This document shows, one piece after another, positions 18,079 to 27,056 of a stretch of DNA of 64,000 nucleotides. The notes below the pieces were generated by a model, which worked only from the letters and a program-made list of their open reading frames with translations, was not told the origin of the DNA and made no database searches. Both the position numbers and the translations under genes were made by a program. Location: IMG/VR virus record IMGVR_UViG_3300046660_000716, positions 62,001 through 126,000 of that record. One strand, 5' to 3'. Positions within the stretch are counted from its first letter, which is position 1; the number at the start of each line of letters is the position of its first letter.

Positions 18079-19397
18079 GCGCCGCCGCGACCGTGCAGGA
18101 ACCGGAGATCGAATTCGACATCCGCCTGGTCTGGCCCGACGGCAGCCACGGCGAGTACAAGCAGAAGGCCCCGAACCCGACCGTCGCCATGGACCGCCTG
18201 CTGTTCCGCATCATGCCCGACGCGCAGCGCGCTGACGACTTCCGGCGCCAGCTCGCGGAGAACCAGGCCGGCGCCACCGTGTCCTGGCCCGGCACGGCGA
18301 GGTTCGGCTGGCACCTCTCGCCGGACACCGAGTACAACCGCGAGTACGTCGTCACCCTGCCGTGGAACCCGGACAACCCCGGCTCCGACGAGGGCGACTA
18401 CTCGACGAGCGTCTGGGCCTCGTCCGACACCAGCGCCATCCTCCAGGTGGCCGAGGAGATGGCCGACCACAGGGACTCCGGCGCGCAGACCGAGCAGGAG
18501 CAGGCCGAGTTCGCCGCGCGCCTGGTCGATCTCGCGTCGGGCGAGCCGTGCCGCTACGCCCTGCTGAGGGAGCAGCCGCTCCTCCCGCCGGCCCTTCCTC
18601 CCGCCCTCGATCGCAAGCGCGAGACGGTGCTCTACCAGGTCTTCGAGCGCTACCGCCGCCTCGTCATCGCGTGCCTCCAGACCGTCGTCCTGGCGCCGTA
18701 CGACAGCCCGTCGAGCAACGGTCGCTTCGAGATCCTGGAGGAGCTCCCGCCGTCCGAGTACATCCGGGCGCTGGAGGGCCACCGCATCCTGACGGTCGAC
18801 CGCATGGCCGACTTCATGGACGACCACGCCGTATCGATCCTCGACTTCTGCGAGGACCTGTCGAACAAGGCCGTCGCGGAGATGACCAAGTTCGTGCACC
18901 TGCACGGCGAGTCGATCGCGGCGGTCAAGATCATGGCGAGCAAGGTGCTCGGCGCCCACGGCAAGGAGCCGGTGGAGATGGACCCCAACGTCCACAACCA
19001 GCACTCCCGCTTCCGCGTCGAAGCGTTCTCCCCCACCAGCCAGGTCTACGTGATCGAGTGGCAGCCGCGCGGCGCGCCGTTCGTTCGGCTGCGCACCGTC
19101 GAGCGCGTCAACGTGTCGATCGGCCCGAACATGGAGCAGACGTTCACTTACGTCTTCATCCGTGTGCCGGGGGACGACGCGTACTCGGACATGACCAACA
19201 GCATCAACGTGCACGGCCGTCTCGAGAGCGCCGAGCGCCAGCTGAGTCGAATCGGCCACTGCAGCCTCTCCACCGACACGATCCGCACCGCCGGTCAGCC
19301 GGACGTCCATAAGCTCGTGTACAAGTCCACCGTCAAAGGCTGGACGCATCACGAGGACGGCTGGGATGCCGCCGACGAGCACTGGACCAAATCGTAA
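18075..19397 (+). CDS. hypothetical multidomain protein
   Basis: GTGA overlap; 440 aa. Confidence 0.8.
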   Translation: MSAAATVQEPEIEFDIRLVWPDGSHGEYKQKAPNPTVAMDRLLFRIMPDAQRADDFRRQLAENQAGATVSWPGTARFGWHLSPDTEYNREYVVTLPWNPDNPGSDEGDYSTSVWASSDTSAILQVAEEMADHRDSGAQTEQEQAEFAARLVDLASGEPCRYALLREQPLLPPALPPALDRKRETVLYQVFERYRRLVIACLQTVVLAPYDSPSSNGRFEILEELPPSEYIRALEGHRILTVDRMADFMDDHAVSILDFCEDLSNKAVAEMTKFVHLHGESIAAVKIMASKVLGAHGKEPVEMDPNVHNQHSRFRVEAFSPTSQVYVIEWQPRGAPFVRLRTVERVNVSIGPNMEQTFTYVFIRVPGDDAYSDMTNSINVHGRLESAERQLSRIGHCSLSTDTIRTAGQPDVHKLVYKSTVKGWTHHEDGWDAADEHWTKS

Positions 19398-19457
19398 ACG
19401 CAGCACCCCGACCCGGCACCCCGCCGGGCGGGCAACCCAAAGAAAGGTAAGCTCCCC

Positions 19458-20393
19458 ATGAAGATCGTATCCACCAACAACACCCTGCCCAACACCCACA
19501 AGCTGGCGGCCCAGTCCACCATGACCGACCCGCGCTTCCCGAACGGCGAGCTGCAGGCGATCGCGGCGGCCCTGGGCTCGTCCTTCCCGGCCCACCTGGA
19601 GAGCGGCGTCCAGGAGACGATGCAGAAGGTCGCGACCATGCCCAAGCTGCGCGTCTGGGCTGACAAATCGGCCCTGTCTGCCAGCGTCGTGCGCTTCCTG
19701 ACCCACGCATGCGGCGCCACGCTGTACTCCAAGCTGAACGCCGGCCGCAGCCCCGTCTTCGTGCGCAACAACAAGACCGAGGACATCGGCCTGGCCTACG
19801 ACGTGGCGTACTCGGCCCACGGCGTGTCCGACGCGCAGGACGAGACCATCCGCAACGCATGCGGCGTCGAGGGCACGAACGGCGTGACCGTGATCGAAGA
19901 CGACGGCAAACACTTCGTCGCAGCCATCCATGTGATGGCCCTGCTGCCGACCGGCTTCGTCGCTGCGTGGCCGCTGGTGGAGTGCACGTTCGGCAAGGAC
20001 GATGACGAGGAAGAGCCGACCAACCTGATGAGCGCCATCATCCGCACGGTCACCACCTCGGCCCGCAAGATCAATGCTGACGCCTTCCGCGCCCAGTACT
20101 GGAACGACGCCGAAGGCAACATCGTCGTGGCCGGCCCGCACCTGACCAACACGGGTAAAAACATGACCGTGATCGGCCGGCTGGAGGGCATGGAGGTCGC
20201 CCGCTTCGACGCCATCGAGCTGTGCTGCGAGGCCCACGCGGAGCAGCACAAGGAAAGCCTGATGGACGCGTATCGCGGCCAGATCGCCAACACGCTGGGC
20301 CTGGACGCGGCTCAGTGGGCGGCGCTGGAGGTCGATCTGGTGAAGAGCGACACCGCGGTGGCGGAGACCTGCACGTCCCGCCACGTGCACTAG
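19458..20393 (+). CDS. hypothetical protein, family C domain
   Basis: TEDIGLAYDVAYSAHG..VMALLPTGFVAAW. Confidence 0.8.
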   Translation: MKIVSTNNTLPNTHKLAAQSTMTDPRFPNGELQAIAAALGSSFPAHLESGVQETMQKVATMPKLRVWADKSALSASVVRFLTHACGATLYSKLNAGRSPVFVRNNKTEDIGLAYDVAYSAHGVSDAQDETIRNACGVEGTNGVTVIEDDGKHFVAAIHVMALLPTGFVAAWPLVECTFGKDDDEEEPTNLMSAIIRTVTTSARKINADAFRAQYWNDAEGNIVVAGPHLTNTGKNMTVIGRLEGMEVARFDAIELCCEAHAEQHKESLMDAYRGQIANTLGLDAAQWAALEVDLVKSDTAVAETCTSRHVH

Positions 20394-20402
20394 GAGCGGA
20401 GG

Positions 20403-20732
20403 ATGACCACTCACCTGCCCGAGACCATAGTGCTGGACGACATCCTCCGCCCGGAGGCGGTCGTCGTCCACAACCACCTGGCGTTCCTGTGGGAAGCCAG
20501 CCCGAAAGCGAAGCGGGATGAGGTCAAGGAGGGGGACGTCGTGCTCTTCCAGGGCTTCGACACCGAGGACCTGGAGCGCCCGGCCGACGCCCCGACGTAC
20601 CACTTCGCCACCGTGTACTGCGCCCAGGACGGCCGCCTGATGCTGGCGATCAGCGGCATGCACACGATCCAGGGCCGGATAACGGTCGATGACCCCGAAG
20701 AGCAGTTCGTAGTCATGGTCCCGCGAGACTAA
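20403..20732 (+). CDS. hypothetical protein
   Basis: SD AGGAG; weak family B-like ATVYCAQDGRLML. Confidence 0.75.
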   Translation: MTTHLPETIVLDDILRPEAVVVHNHLAFLWEASPKAKRDEVKEGDVVLFQGFDTEDLERPADAPTYHFATVYCAQDGRLMLAISGMHTIQGRITVDDPEEQFVVMVPRD

Positions 20733-20752
20733 AGCGGGCCCAACCAGGGAAT

Positions 20753-20798
20753 AGCTCCGGCGGTGGCCCCTGAAGGCCACCGCCTAGCTTTCCCTTTT
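20753..20798 (+). terminator. intrinsic terminator
   Basis: GGCGGTGGCC-cctgaa-GGCCACCGCC plus a T-rich tail. Confidence 0.7.
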
Positions 20799-20821
20799 GA
20801 AACCAAACCAGAGAGAACCGC

Positions 20822-21637
20822 ATGACAATCACCCAAGTAGTAGCATCGAACCCGAAGCCAATTCGCTTCCTGGTAAGCGCCAGCGCCGAGCAGGATCCGC
20901 TGGGCCGCGCCTCCGCGATGGCCATGATCGCCCAGCCGGGTCACCTCCCCCAGTGGCTGAGCTACGCTGACATCATGGTCGGCAGCCTGGTGGCGGCGAA
21001 GCACTTCGAGCTCGACAACGACATGCCGCCTGGGATCGAGCCGATGCCCGGCGAGTACATGCTGGCGGAGCACACCCTGAATCTGGTCCTCGCGAAGAAG
21101 CTGAGCGCTTTGCCGGCATCGTCGGTGTTCGGCGAGGACATCATGTTCGTGCAGAACGAGGGCTCGGACGACGTCGGCATCGTGATCGACATGGCCGCGC
21201 GCATCTACGGGCTGGAAAACGGAAACGACGAGAATAACGAGTTCGATCTGATCATCGAGCGCGACGGCAATTACCTCGGCTTCCAGACCCTGCTGCTGGT
21301 GGCTCTTCCGAACGGCGCCGTCGATCGCTGGGACGCCGACAAGGTCAGCCACATCGAAGGCGAGGACGGGCTGGAGCTGTACCGCGCCCAGATCTGGGTC
21401 GTGGGCGACGACATCGCCGCGCCGACCCCGCCGGCCGACGTCCAGCTGCCGAAGAACTGGGCCGTGAGCGGAACCGACGTCAACGGCGAGTTCTACACCC
21501 ACATCTACAACAGCATGGACGAGGAAACCGCCAAGGCCACTTTCATCTCCGAGATGGGCACCGAGGGCGACGAGGCCGGCGCGGCTGCGCAGATCCTGGG
21601 CGTCGTCAGCTCCTACACCGAGATCATGTCTGCATAA
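20822..21637 (+). CDS. hypothetical protein, family C domain
   Basis: SDDVGIVIDMAARIYG..FDLIIE..LLVALPNGAVDRW. Confidence 0.8.
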   Translation: MTITQVVASNPKPIRFLVSASAEQDPLGRASAMAMIAQPGHLPQWLSYADIMVGSLVAAKHFELDNDMPPGIEPMPGEYMLAEHTLNLVLAKKLSALPASSVFGEDIMFVQNEGSDDVGIVIDMAARIYGLENGNDENNEFDLIIERDGNYLGFQTLLLVALPNGAVDRWDADKVSHIEGEDGLELYRAQIWVVGDDIAAPTPPADVQLPKNWAVSGTDVNGEFYTHIYNSMDEETAKATFISEMGTEGDEAGAAAQILGVVSSYTEIMSA

Positions 21638-21649
21638 CCGGAGAGCGAC

Positions 21650-22816
21650 ATGGAAGGACTGGAAAAGATAGGATTCGAGGTGGGCTGGGATCACGCCGAG
21701 TACGGCCTGTCCCTGCCTGCCGACTTCTCCGGGCCGGGCGTGATGCTTGACGGTTACAAGGCCGGCATCCTCAGACTGGGCCAGGCCAGGCCCAAGGAGC
21801 ACGACATCTTCACCAAGAAGTGGCTGCAGCTGCGCCGGTCGGCGTGGCGCCGCGGCCGCATCTTCGAGGAGGCGGTGACCCCGCGCTTCCTGGTGCAGAT
21901 CGCGCAGGACAACTGCCCGATCTGCCGGTTCGAGATGACCTCCGGGACGGGCGAGGACACGGACTGGTCCGTCGACCGCCTCAACAACGACGGCGGCTAC
22001 GCCCGGGGAAACCTGGTCGTGATGAGCGTCAGGGCCAACAAGGCCAAGGCAGCGCTCACGGTCGAGGAGATCGTGAAGCGCTCCACCGAGTTCAGCGAGG
22101 AGCACCAGGCGATGGTCCTCGACAGCACGCCCCTGTACGGTCTGACCGTGCAGGAGACGATGCGGCTCTACACCCTGACCGTGCTCACGTCCGTCGAGCA
22201 CATGGTCATCCCCTCGGTCGTGATGGTGCCCCCTCACGTGCCGACGGGCGTGCCGTACATCCTGCAGTGCTACCTCGCCCGCCTGTCGGTGATCGCCGTG
22301 TTCTCGGCGAAGCTGATGAGGGAGCTCAAGGCGCTCGACGGCCGCCCGAACGGTATCTGGCGCGTCGTCCGCCTCATGATGGAGCGCGCCAAGCCGCGCA
22401 TCGCCGACCACCCGAACAGCGCCAGCTGGTTCGACTGGGGCGCGCGGGAGTACGTCATCGGAGGCCAGGACGTCGACTGGCTGGCCGAGGACATCTGGCT
22501 CTACAACGCGGACGTGTACAAGGCGTTCCACAAGTGGGCGCTTAACGCCCCTCCGAAGGTGTTCGAGTACGTGACCCGCTCCGTGTTCGACCTCGCCGCC
22601 CGCCAGGGGTGCGGCACCTCCTTCAACCGCACCACGAACGTGGACCGCGAGGCGCTGGGCCACCGCATCGGCCTGGACACGCGCGGGTTCGTCGACGCGC
22701 ACGACCGCCGGGCCTCCCCGCGCCCGGACTCCGAGGACCGGCGCGCGCCGATCGAAATGCCTCCCGGCACGGATATCATTCCCGTGCAACCAACCGAAGG
22801 AGTAAGCACCGCATGA
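21650..22816 (+). CDS. His-Me finger (HNH-like) nuclease-domain protein
   Basis: CPIC..WSVDRLNNDGGYARGNLVVMSVRANKAK, a bba-Me pattern. Confidence 0.65.
   Translation: MEGLEKIGFEVGWDHAEYGLSLPADFSGPGVMLDGYKAGILRLGQARPKEHDIFTKKWLQLRRSAWRRGRIFEEAVTPRFLVQIAQDNCPICRFEMTSGTGEDTDWSVDRLNNDGGYARGNLVVMSVRANKAKAALTVEEIVKRSTEFSEEHQAMVLDSTPLYGLTVQETMRLYTLTVLTSVEHMVIPSVVMVPPHVPTGVPYILQCYLARLSVIAVFSAKLMRELKALDGRPNGIWRVVRLMMERAKPRIADHPNSASWFDWGAREYVIGGQDVDWLAEDIWLYNADVYKAFHKWALNAPPKVFEYVTRSVFDLAARQGCGTSFNRTTNVDREALGHRIGLDTRGFVDAHDRRASPRPDSEDRRAPIEMPPGTDIIPVQPTEGVSTA
22772..22779 (+). promoter_or_regulatory. GATATCAT motif
   Basis: At the 3' end of the upstream CDS, 34 nt before ATG 22813. Confidence 0.5.
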
Positions 22817-23382
22817 GCCAAGAGAAACTGAACGAGATGCAGAAGGTAGTGTGCGCCCACTACTGCCAGGGCGAGTACGCCGATCTGGAGACGGCCGAGG
22901 AGGTCGAGCAGGTCGGCGACCTCCTCTTCCAGTTCCTGGTCCTAGAGGCCGAGGAAGTCAAGACCCTGGCGGACCTCCAGGACCGCCTGCAGACCGCCAT
23001 GAACGACATCCAGAACATGGGCGACTCCATCGAGGACGCGGTGTCCTCCGGCGAGATGACGACCGTCCCCCTCGCCGAGCGCTACGCGCACAAGGTCATC
23101 ACCAACCCGGCCGACGTCGTGCAGCTCGAGATCGAGGGCGTGCGCTACACGTCGCCGGCCAGGGACAACATCACCGTCGACAACGAGGCGCCCGACTTCT
23201 TCACGGTCTACGCGCGCATTCGCTGCCCGGTCGGCGAGGGCGTGCAGGACCTGGCGGCCGCCGTCGGCGACTTCATGGACGTGGACGCGTGCCGCCACTA
23301 CGCCGGCCAGCTGATCAACGAGCGCTACAAGCGCCCCGAGTGGCCGCTGGTCGACCGCTACTACGAGGTTAGCGGCAAGTAA
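22813..23382 (+). CDS. hypothetical protein
   Basis: SD GAAGGAG; ATGA overlap. Confidence 0.8.
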   Translation: MSQEKLNEMQKVVCAHYCQGEYADLETAEEVEQVGDLLFQFLVLEAEEVKTLADLQDRLQTAMNDIQNMGDSIEDAVSSGEMTTVPLAERYAHKVITNPADVVQLEIEGVRYTSPARDNITVDNEAPDFFTVYARIRCPVGEGVQDLAAAVGDFMDVDACRHYAGQLINERYKRPEWPLVDRYYEVSGK

Positions 23383-23386
23383 TTCC

Positions 23387-23429
23387 GGGACGGGAGCGGC
23401 TGCGGTCGCTCCCGCCTCTTTCGTTTTTT
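23387..23429 (+). terminator. intrinsic terminator
   Basis: CGGGAGCG..CGCTCCCG stem plus a T-rich tail. Confidence 0.75.
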
Positions 23430-23459
23430 CTGCGCTCCGCAACCTGGGCTCGATCCTGG

Positions 23460-23471
23460 AACATCCACTTA
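23460..23471 (+). promoter_or_regulatory. AACA-N6-TA, putative non-virion RNAP promoter
   Basis: AACAtccactTA between a terminator and the sigma-like gene; matches the AR9 late consensus. Confidence 0.5.
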
Positions 23472-23492
23472 GCCAAACAGAGGATCACGCTC

Positions 23493-24719
23493 ATGTCCAA
23501 CACAACGCAGGGTAAGGTCTTCCTTTCCCGAGAGTACCACAAGGTCGAGGAGGCGCTGTCGCGCCCCGGCGCCGCGGCCCGCCTGCACGCCCACATGCAG
23601 GGCGTCATCGGGTCCGACCGGCTCATGAAGGCCCTGGAGGCCACGCATCCCGGCGAGACGGTCTACTTCGGCGACAAGGAGGGCAGCGCCGACCAGGTGC
23701 CGGTTTACGAGATCTCCGGGCTGAACCCGCTCGAGGTGCGCAAGGCCATCAAGGACACCGGCGTCGTCCAGGCGTCCTGGGCGCACGCCAACAAGCCGCT
23801 GTACTGGACGATGATGATGATCATCCGCTTCCACGCGCGCCAGAAGAACACCGCCCCGACCGCGATGAAGGTCGGCTTCCGCGCCGCCGAGATCGAGGAG
23901 AACACGAAGATGGCCGTCATGTTCATGGCCACCGCCATGTACGCCGGCCTGCAGTTCCGCTACTTCCGCCGCTTTTACCAGCCGAACGCCATGGCCTACG
24001 CGATGAACACGCTGACGGACAAGTTCACGCTGAAGCAGGAGGGCACGATGATCAAGACCATCTTGACCATCGCGTGGCGCGCGCACCTCAAGTACGCCCC
24101 GGACCTGGAGAACGGCTCCGACCTGCTCCTGCTCAAGTACCTCGTCAGCATGTGGGGCCGCCTGAACGGGATGGTCAAGGCGCTGAAGAACCAGTACGAG
24201 AACACCAAGCTCGCCGGCAACTACCTCAACCAGTCCCGCGACCGCCACGACGACGGCGAGATGGTCGAGCGCGAGACGGACGGCGGGCGGGTGGAGGCCA
24301 CGGTCAACAAGGTCAACGAGGCGTTCTTCGGGGAGCCGATGCCGCCGCGCATCGTCGACATCGCCGCGCAGATGACCGACACGCCGCAGCAGAGCCTGGT
24401 GCTGGCGGTCAACGAGATCCGACAGGGCGACCCAGGCCCGGTCCAGGAGGCCATCCACATCATCGTGGAGCTCTTCTTCGAGGAGACGCGGGGCACACGC
24501 GAGGACATCAGGACGCGGAACTTCCTGTCGTTCTGCAACAGCGTGTACATGCGATCAAATACAGTGGATCAAAGAGTCGAAAAGCTCAAGGCGATCCTTG
24601 ATAAACTCCTCCGCGAGCGCAGCCCGCAGTACCTCCGCACGAACCGGGAGGCCACCAAGGGCGCGTTCCGCAAGGCCATGTACCTGACCCTGGTGCTCTA
24701 CATCCAGACCAAAGCCTAG
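23493..24719 (+). CDS. probable promoter-specificity (sigma-like) subunit of the non-virion RNAP, AR9 gp226 / phiKZ gp68-like
   Basis: YF....NAMAYAMNTLTDKFTLKQ, RLNGMVKAL, YLNQ, FLSFCNSVYMRSNT..KLKAILDKLL, FRKAMY. These follow the recalled AR9 gp226 pattern; all-helical, 408 aa. Confidence 0.7.
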   Translation: MSNTTQGKVFLSREYHKVEEALSRPGAAARLHAHMQGVIGSDRLMKALEATHPGETVYFGDKEGSADQVPVYEISGLNPLEVRKAIKDTGVVQASWAHANKPLYWTMMMIIRFHARQKNTAPTAMKVGFRAAEIEENTKMAVMFMATAMYAGLQFRYFRRFYQPNAMAYAMNTLTDKFTLKQEGTMIKTILTIAWRAHLKYAPDLENGSDLLLLKYLVSMWGRLNGMVKALKNQYENTKLAGNYLNQSRDRHDDGEMVERETDGGRVEATVNKVNEAFFGEPMPPRIVDIAAQMTDTPQQSLVLAVNEIRQGDPGPVQEAIHIIVELFFEETRGTREDIRTRNFLSFCNSVYMRSNTVDQRVEKLKAILDKLLRERSPQYLRTNREATKGAFRKAMYLTLVLYIQTKA

Positions 24720-24729
24720 GAGGGCGATT

Positions 24730-24957
24730 ATGAAACGTGGTGTCTTCAACGAAGCCGATCTGATTCGGTGCTACGCCCCGCCTAACCTTCTTTCGGTCAT
24801 GCCCGGAAACCGCGTGATGCTCCGATCGGGCGGCCCTGAGATGACCGTCTACGACGTGGCGGAGAACGGCGACGCCCTCTGCCAGTGGATGGCCGGGGGC
24901 AAGCTGGAGAAACATGCTTTCACCCTCGCCTGCCTCACGTGCTACGGTGCGCGCTAG
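24730..24957 (+). CDS. YodC/DUF2158-family protein
   Basis: GNRVMLRSGGPEMTV..CQW..F..L. Confidence 0.75.
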   Translation: MKRGVFNEADLIRCYAPPNLLSVMPGNRVMLRSGGPEMTVYDVAENGDALCQWMAGGKLEKHAFTLACLTCYGAR

Positions 24958-24987
24958 GCGGGCCGCCGCAGCAGAGAACCATGCCAG

Positions 24988-24995
24988 CATATCAT
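24988..24995 (+). promoter_or_regulatory. CATATCAT motif
   Basis: Intergenic, before SD AAGGAG / ATG 25033. Confidence 0.65.
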
Positions 24996-25032
24996 TCTCC
25001 TGTCCAAGCCGGACTACTAAGGAGAATTCGAT

Positions 25033-25494
25033 ATGCTGGCATCATCCGCACCACTGATCAAGTTCCACGGCCACGTCGAAGCGACGACGGGCATGCTCTT
25101 CGACGCCGACACGATCAAGAAGCTGAGCTACAAGGTCACGTCGCCGACCAAGTTCGAGGTGCGCAACCTGGAGGGCCTCCACACGGAGCCGTTCATGGAC
25201 AACCTGGCCGCGCTGGTGGGCATCGACCGCGAGAAGCTGGACTTCGTCTACTTCAGCGTCTGCACCGGCGCCGAGCCGCACACCGACTCGCTGGACCACC
25301 AGAAGTTCACCCCGACGACCTTCGTCGTGCCGATCGTCCTGCCGAAGGGCCGCTCGGTGATCACCTCCGAGGAGGAGGAGAAAGAGGTGGAGCTGTTCGG
25401 CGTGTACGAGTTCAACCACGAGCGCACGCACTCGATGGTGCTGGAGGACAACGAGTCCGGCTGCGTCGTAGTCATGGTCGCGGTCAAGTACTAA
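25033..25494 (+). CDS. cupin / 2OG-Fe(II) oxygenase-like protein
   Basis: PHTD (HxD) plus distal FNHERTHS His, with a double-stranded beta-helix strand pattern. Confidence 0.55.
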   Translation: MLASSAPLIKFHGHVEATTGMLFDADTIKKLSYKVTSPTKFEVRNLEGLHTEPFMDNLAALVGIDREKLDFVYFSVCTGAEPHTDSLDHQKFTPTTFVVPIVLPKGRSVITSEEEEKEVELFGVYEFNHERTHSMVLEDNESGCVVVMVAVKY

Positions 25495-25513
25495 CCCAAC
25501 CGAAAGAGAACCG

Positions 25514-26083
25514 ATGCACGTTGAAACCACCAGAACCCGGATCGTCCTGGAGCGCCCCGACGGGCACGTCCTGGCGCTCGTCCGCAACTTCCTCGACCGC
25601 CTCGGATACGACTGGATGAGCATCCAGATGCCGGGCGGCGGCATCGACGAGGGCGAAGACGCCCTCCAGGCCCTCATCCGCGAGATCCGCGAGGAGCTCG
25701 GTCTGGAGCTCGACCCGAAGACGGTGAGGCTGCTGTACGTCTACCGCGAGACCCGCGAGGCGGACGCCGTGGAGAAGGCCGTGTGGCCGGGCTGCACCAC
25801 GATCACCAACCACTTCATCTTCTTCAACGCGGACGTCACGACCGAGGCCGCATACTCCGTGTTCCTGGCGGAGCCGCACAAGTTCAAGGCGATGGAGTGG
25901 ATCCCGCCCTACCAGGTCGCGACGGAGATGGCCGGGCGCTTCGGCGCCCGCCTGGGCGACGGCATCAGCGAGGCCATGGCCAACGTCCAGGGCCGGCGCA
26001 CCTTCTACAGGAGCAATCCGAACGTCGACGTGGTGGGCATGGACGCCCGCTGGGCGGCCCAGTGGAGCAGCGCCCCCGTGTGA
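25514..26083 (+). CDS. Nudix hydrolase
   Basis: Exact Nudix box GGIDEGEDALQALIREIREELGL. Confidence 0.9.
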   Translation: MHVETTRTRIVLERPDGHVLALVRNFLDRLGYDWMSIQMPGGGIDEGEDALQALIREIREELGLELDPKTVRLLYVYRETREADAVEKAVWPGCTTITNHFIFFNADVTTEAAYSVFLAEPHKFKAMEWIPPYQVATEMAGRFGARLGDGISEAMANVQGRRTFYRSNPNVDVVGMDARWAAQWSSAPV

Positions 26084-26089
26084 CGCACC

Positions 26090-26097
26090 AATATCAT
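26090..26097 (+). promoter_or_regulatory. AATATCAT motif
   Basis: Intergenic, before SD AAGGAG / ATG 26130. Confidence 0.6.
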
Positions 26098-26129
26098 ACT
26101 TTCGCAAGACCAACAACCAAGGAGCAGCA

Positions 26130-27056
26130 ATGCACATCAAGGACATACAGCCAACGGAGCACGGCTGGGTCATCTACCTGACCCGCAACGGCGAGACCGG
26201 CCCGATGCTCAACGTCGGCCGCATGGACGACGATCCGGTGGCGTGCCTCATGCGCCGCCTGGAAACCGAGGCGGCCCGCCAGTGGACCATCGCCACGGCG
26301 CCGCAGGGGCTCGTGCCGGTCTATAGCCGCCGCCCGGACCCGATCGGCGAACTGGAACCCCGCCGCCCCAACGCGAACGACGAGGCCATCGCGCTCTATG
26401 CCAGCATGGGCGGAGTAGTCCTGGACTCCGACACGGAATTCACGGACTACCCCATCGAGAGCTGGTCCAAGACCGACAAGGGCTACGACCTGAACATCGA
26501 CGGCGGAACGCTGCACGTGACGCCGGAGGACTTCACGCCGGCCGAGCCGCTGACCAGCGTGCGCATCTACGGCAATGCACGCACGATGCAGATCCGCGGA
26601 CTGATGCTGGACGGCAAGCTGGTCCACTACCGTACCCCGGGCGAGTACCGGCAGGACTCGCTGAACGCCAAGTACGCGGCCACGGGCGCCGAGTGGCTCG
26701 AGCGCTGGGATCGCGGCGAGGTCGTCTACTCCGTCAAGATGGCGGGCATGTACGGGCCGGCAGTCGAGCAGATCATCCAGATCACCGCGGCGGAGAACCT
26801 CCGCGTGATGGTCAACCGCAAGATGGATGTGGCCTTCTGGGCCAATCGCGACGCGTGGGAAGAGGATCGCAAGATCGTCTTCGATGCGTCGATCACCAAT
26901 CCCCGCATCGCAGGGCTTGGTCTGGGCGGCAACCAGTTCAGCGCTGCGCTGAGCCTGGCAGTCGCCCTCTACAAGGACGGCCCCGTCGTGGCCGTCGGCA
27001 CGCAAACGCAGGAGCGCCAGATCATGGTCTCCAGCACGTTTCCCACCGTTGTATGA
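26130..27056 (+). CDS. hypothetical protein
   Basis: 308 aa with a good SD. Confidence 0.8.
   Translation: MHIKDIQPTEHGWVIYLTRNGETGPMLNVGRMDDDPVACLMRRLETEAARQWTIATAPQGLVPVYSRRPDPIGELEPRRPNANDEAIALYASMGGVVLDSDTEFTDYPIESWSKTDKGYDLNIDGGTLHVTPEDFTPAEPLTSVRIYGNARTMQIRGLMLDGKLVHYRTPGEYRQDSLNAKYAATGAEWLERWDRGEVVYSVKMAGMYGPAVEQIIQITAAENLRVMVNRKMDVAFWANRDAWEEDRKIVFDASITNPRIAGLGLGGNQFSAALSLAVALYKDGPVVAVGTQTQERQIMVSSTFPTVV

Noticed and set aside
18039-20780. Long minus-strand ORFs (913 aa here; also 20729-22789, 34686-37241, 46757-48856, 55797-57701) and plus-strand 60088-62907
   Set aside because: Shadow ORFs of GC3-biased real genes on the opposite strand: Arg/Gly/Ala/His-rich, no SD, no motifs.
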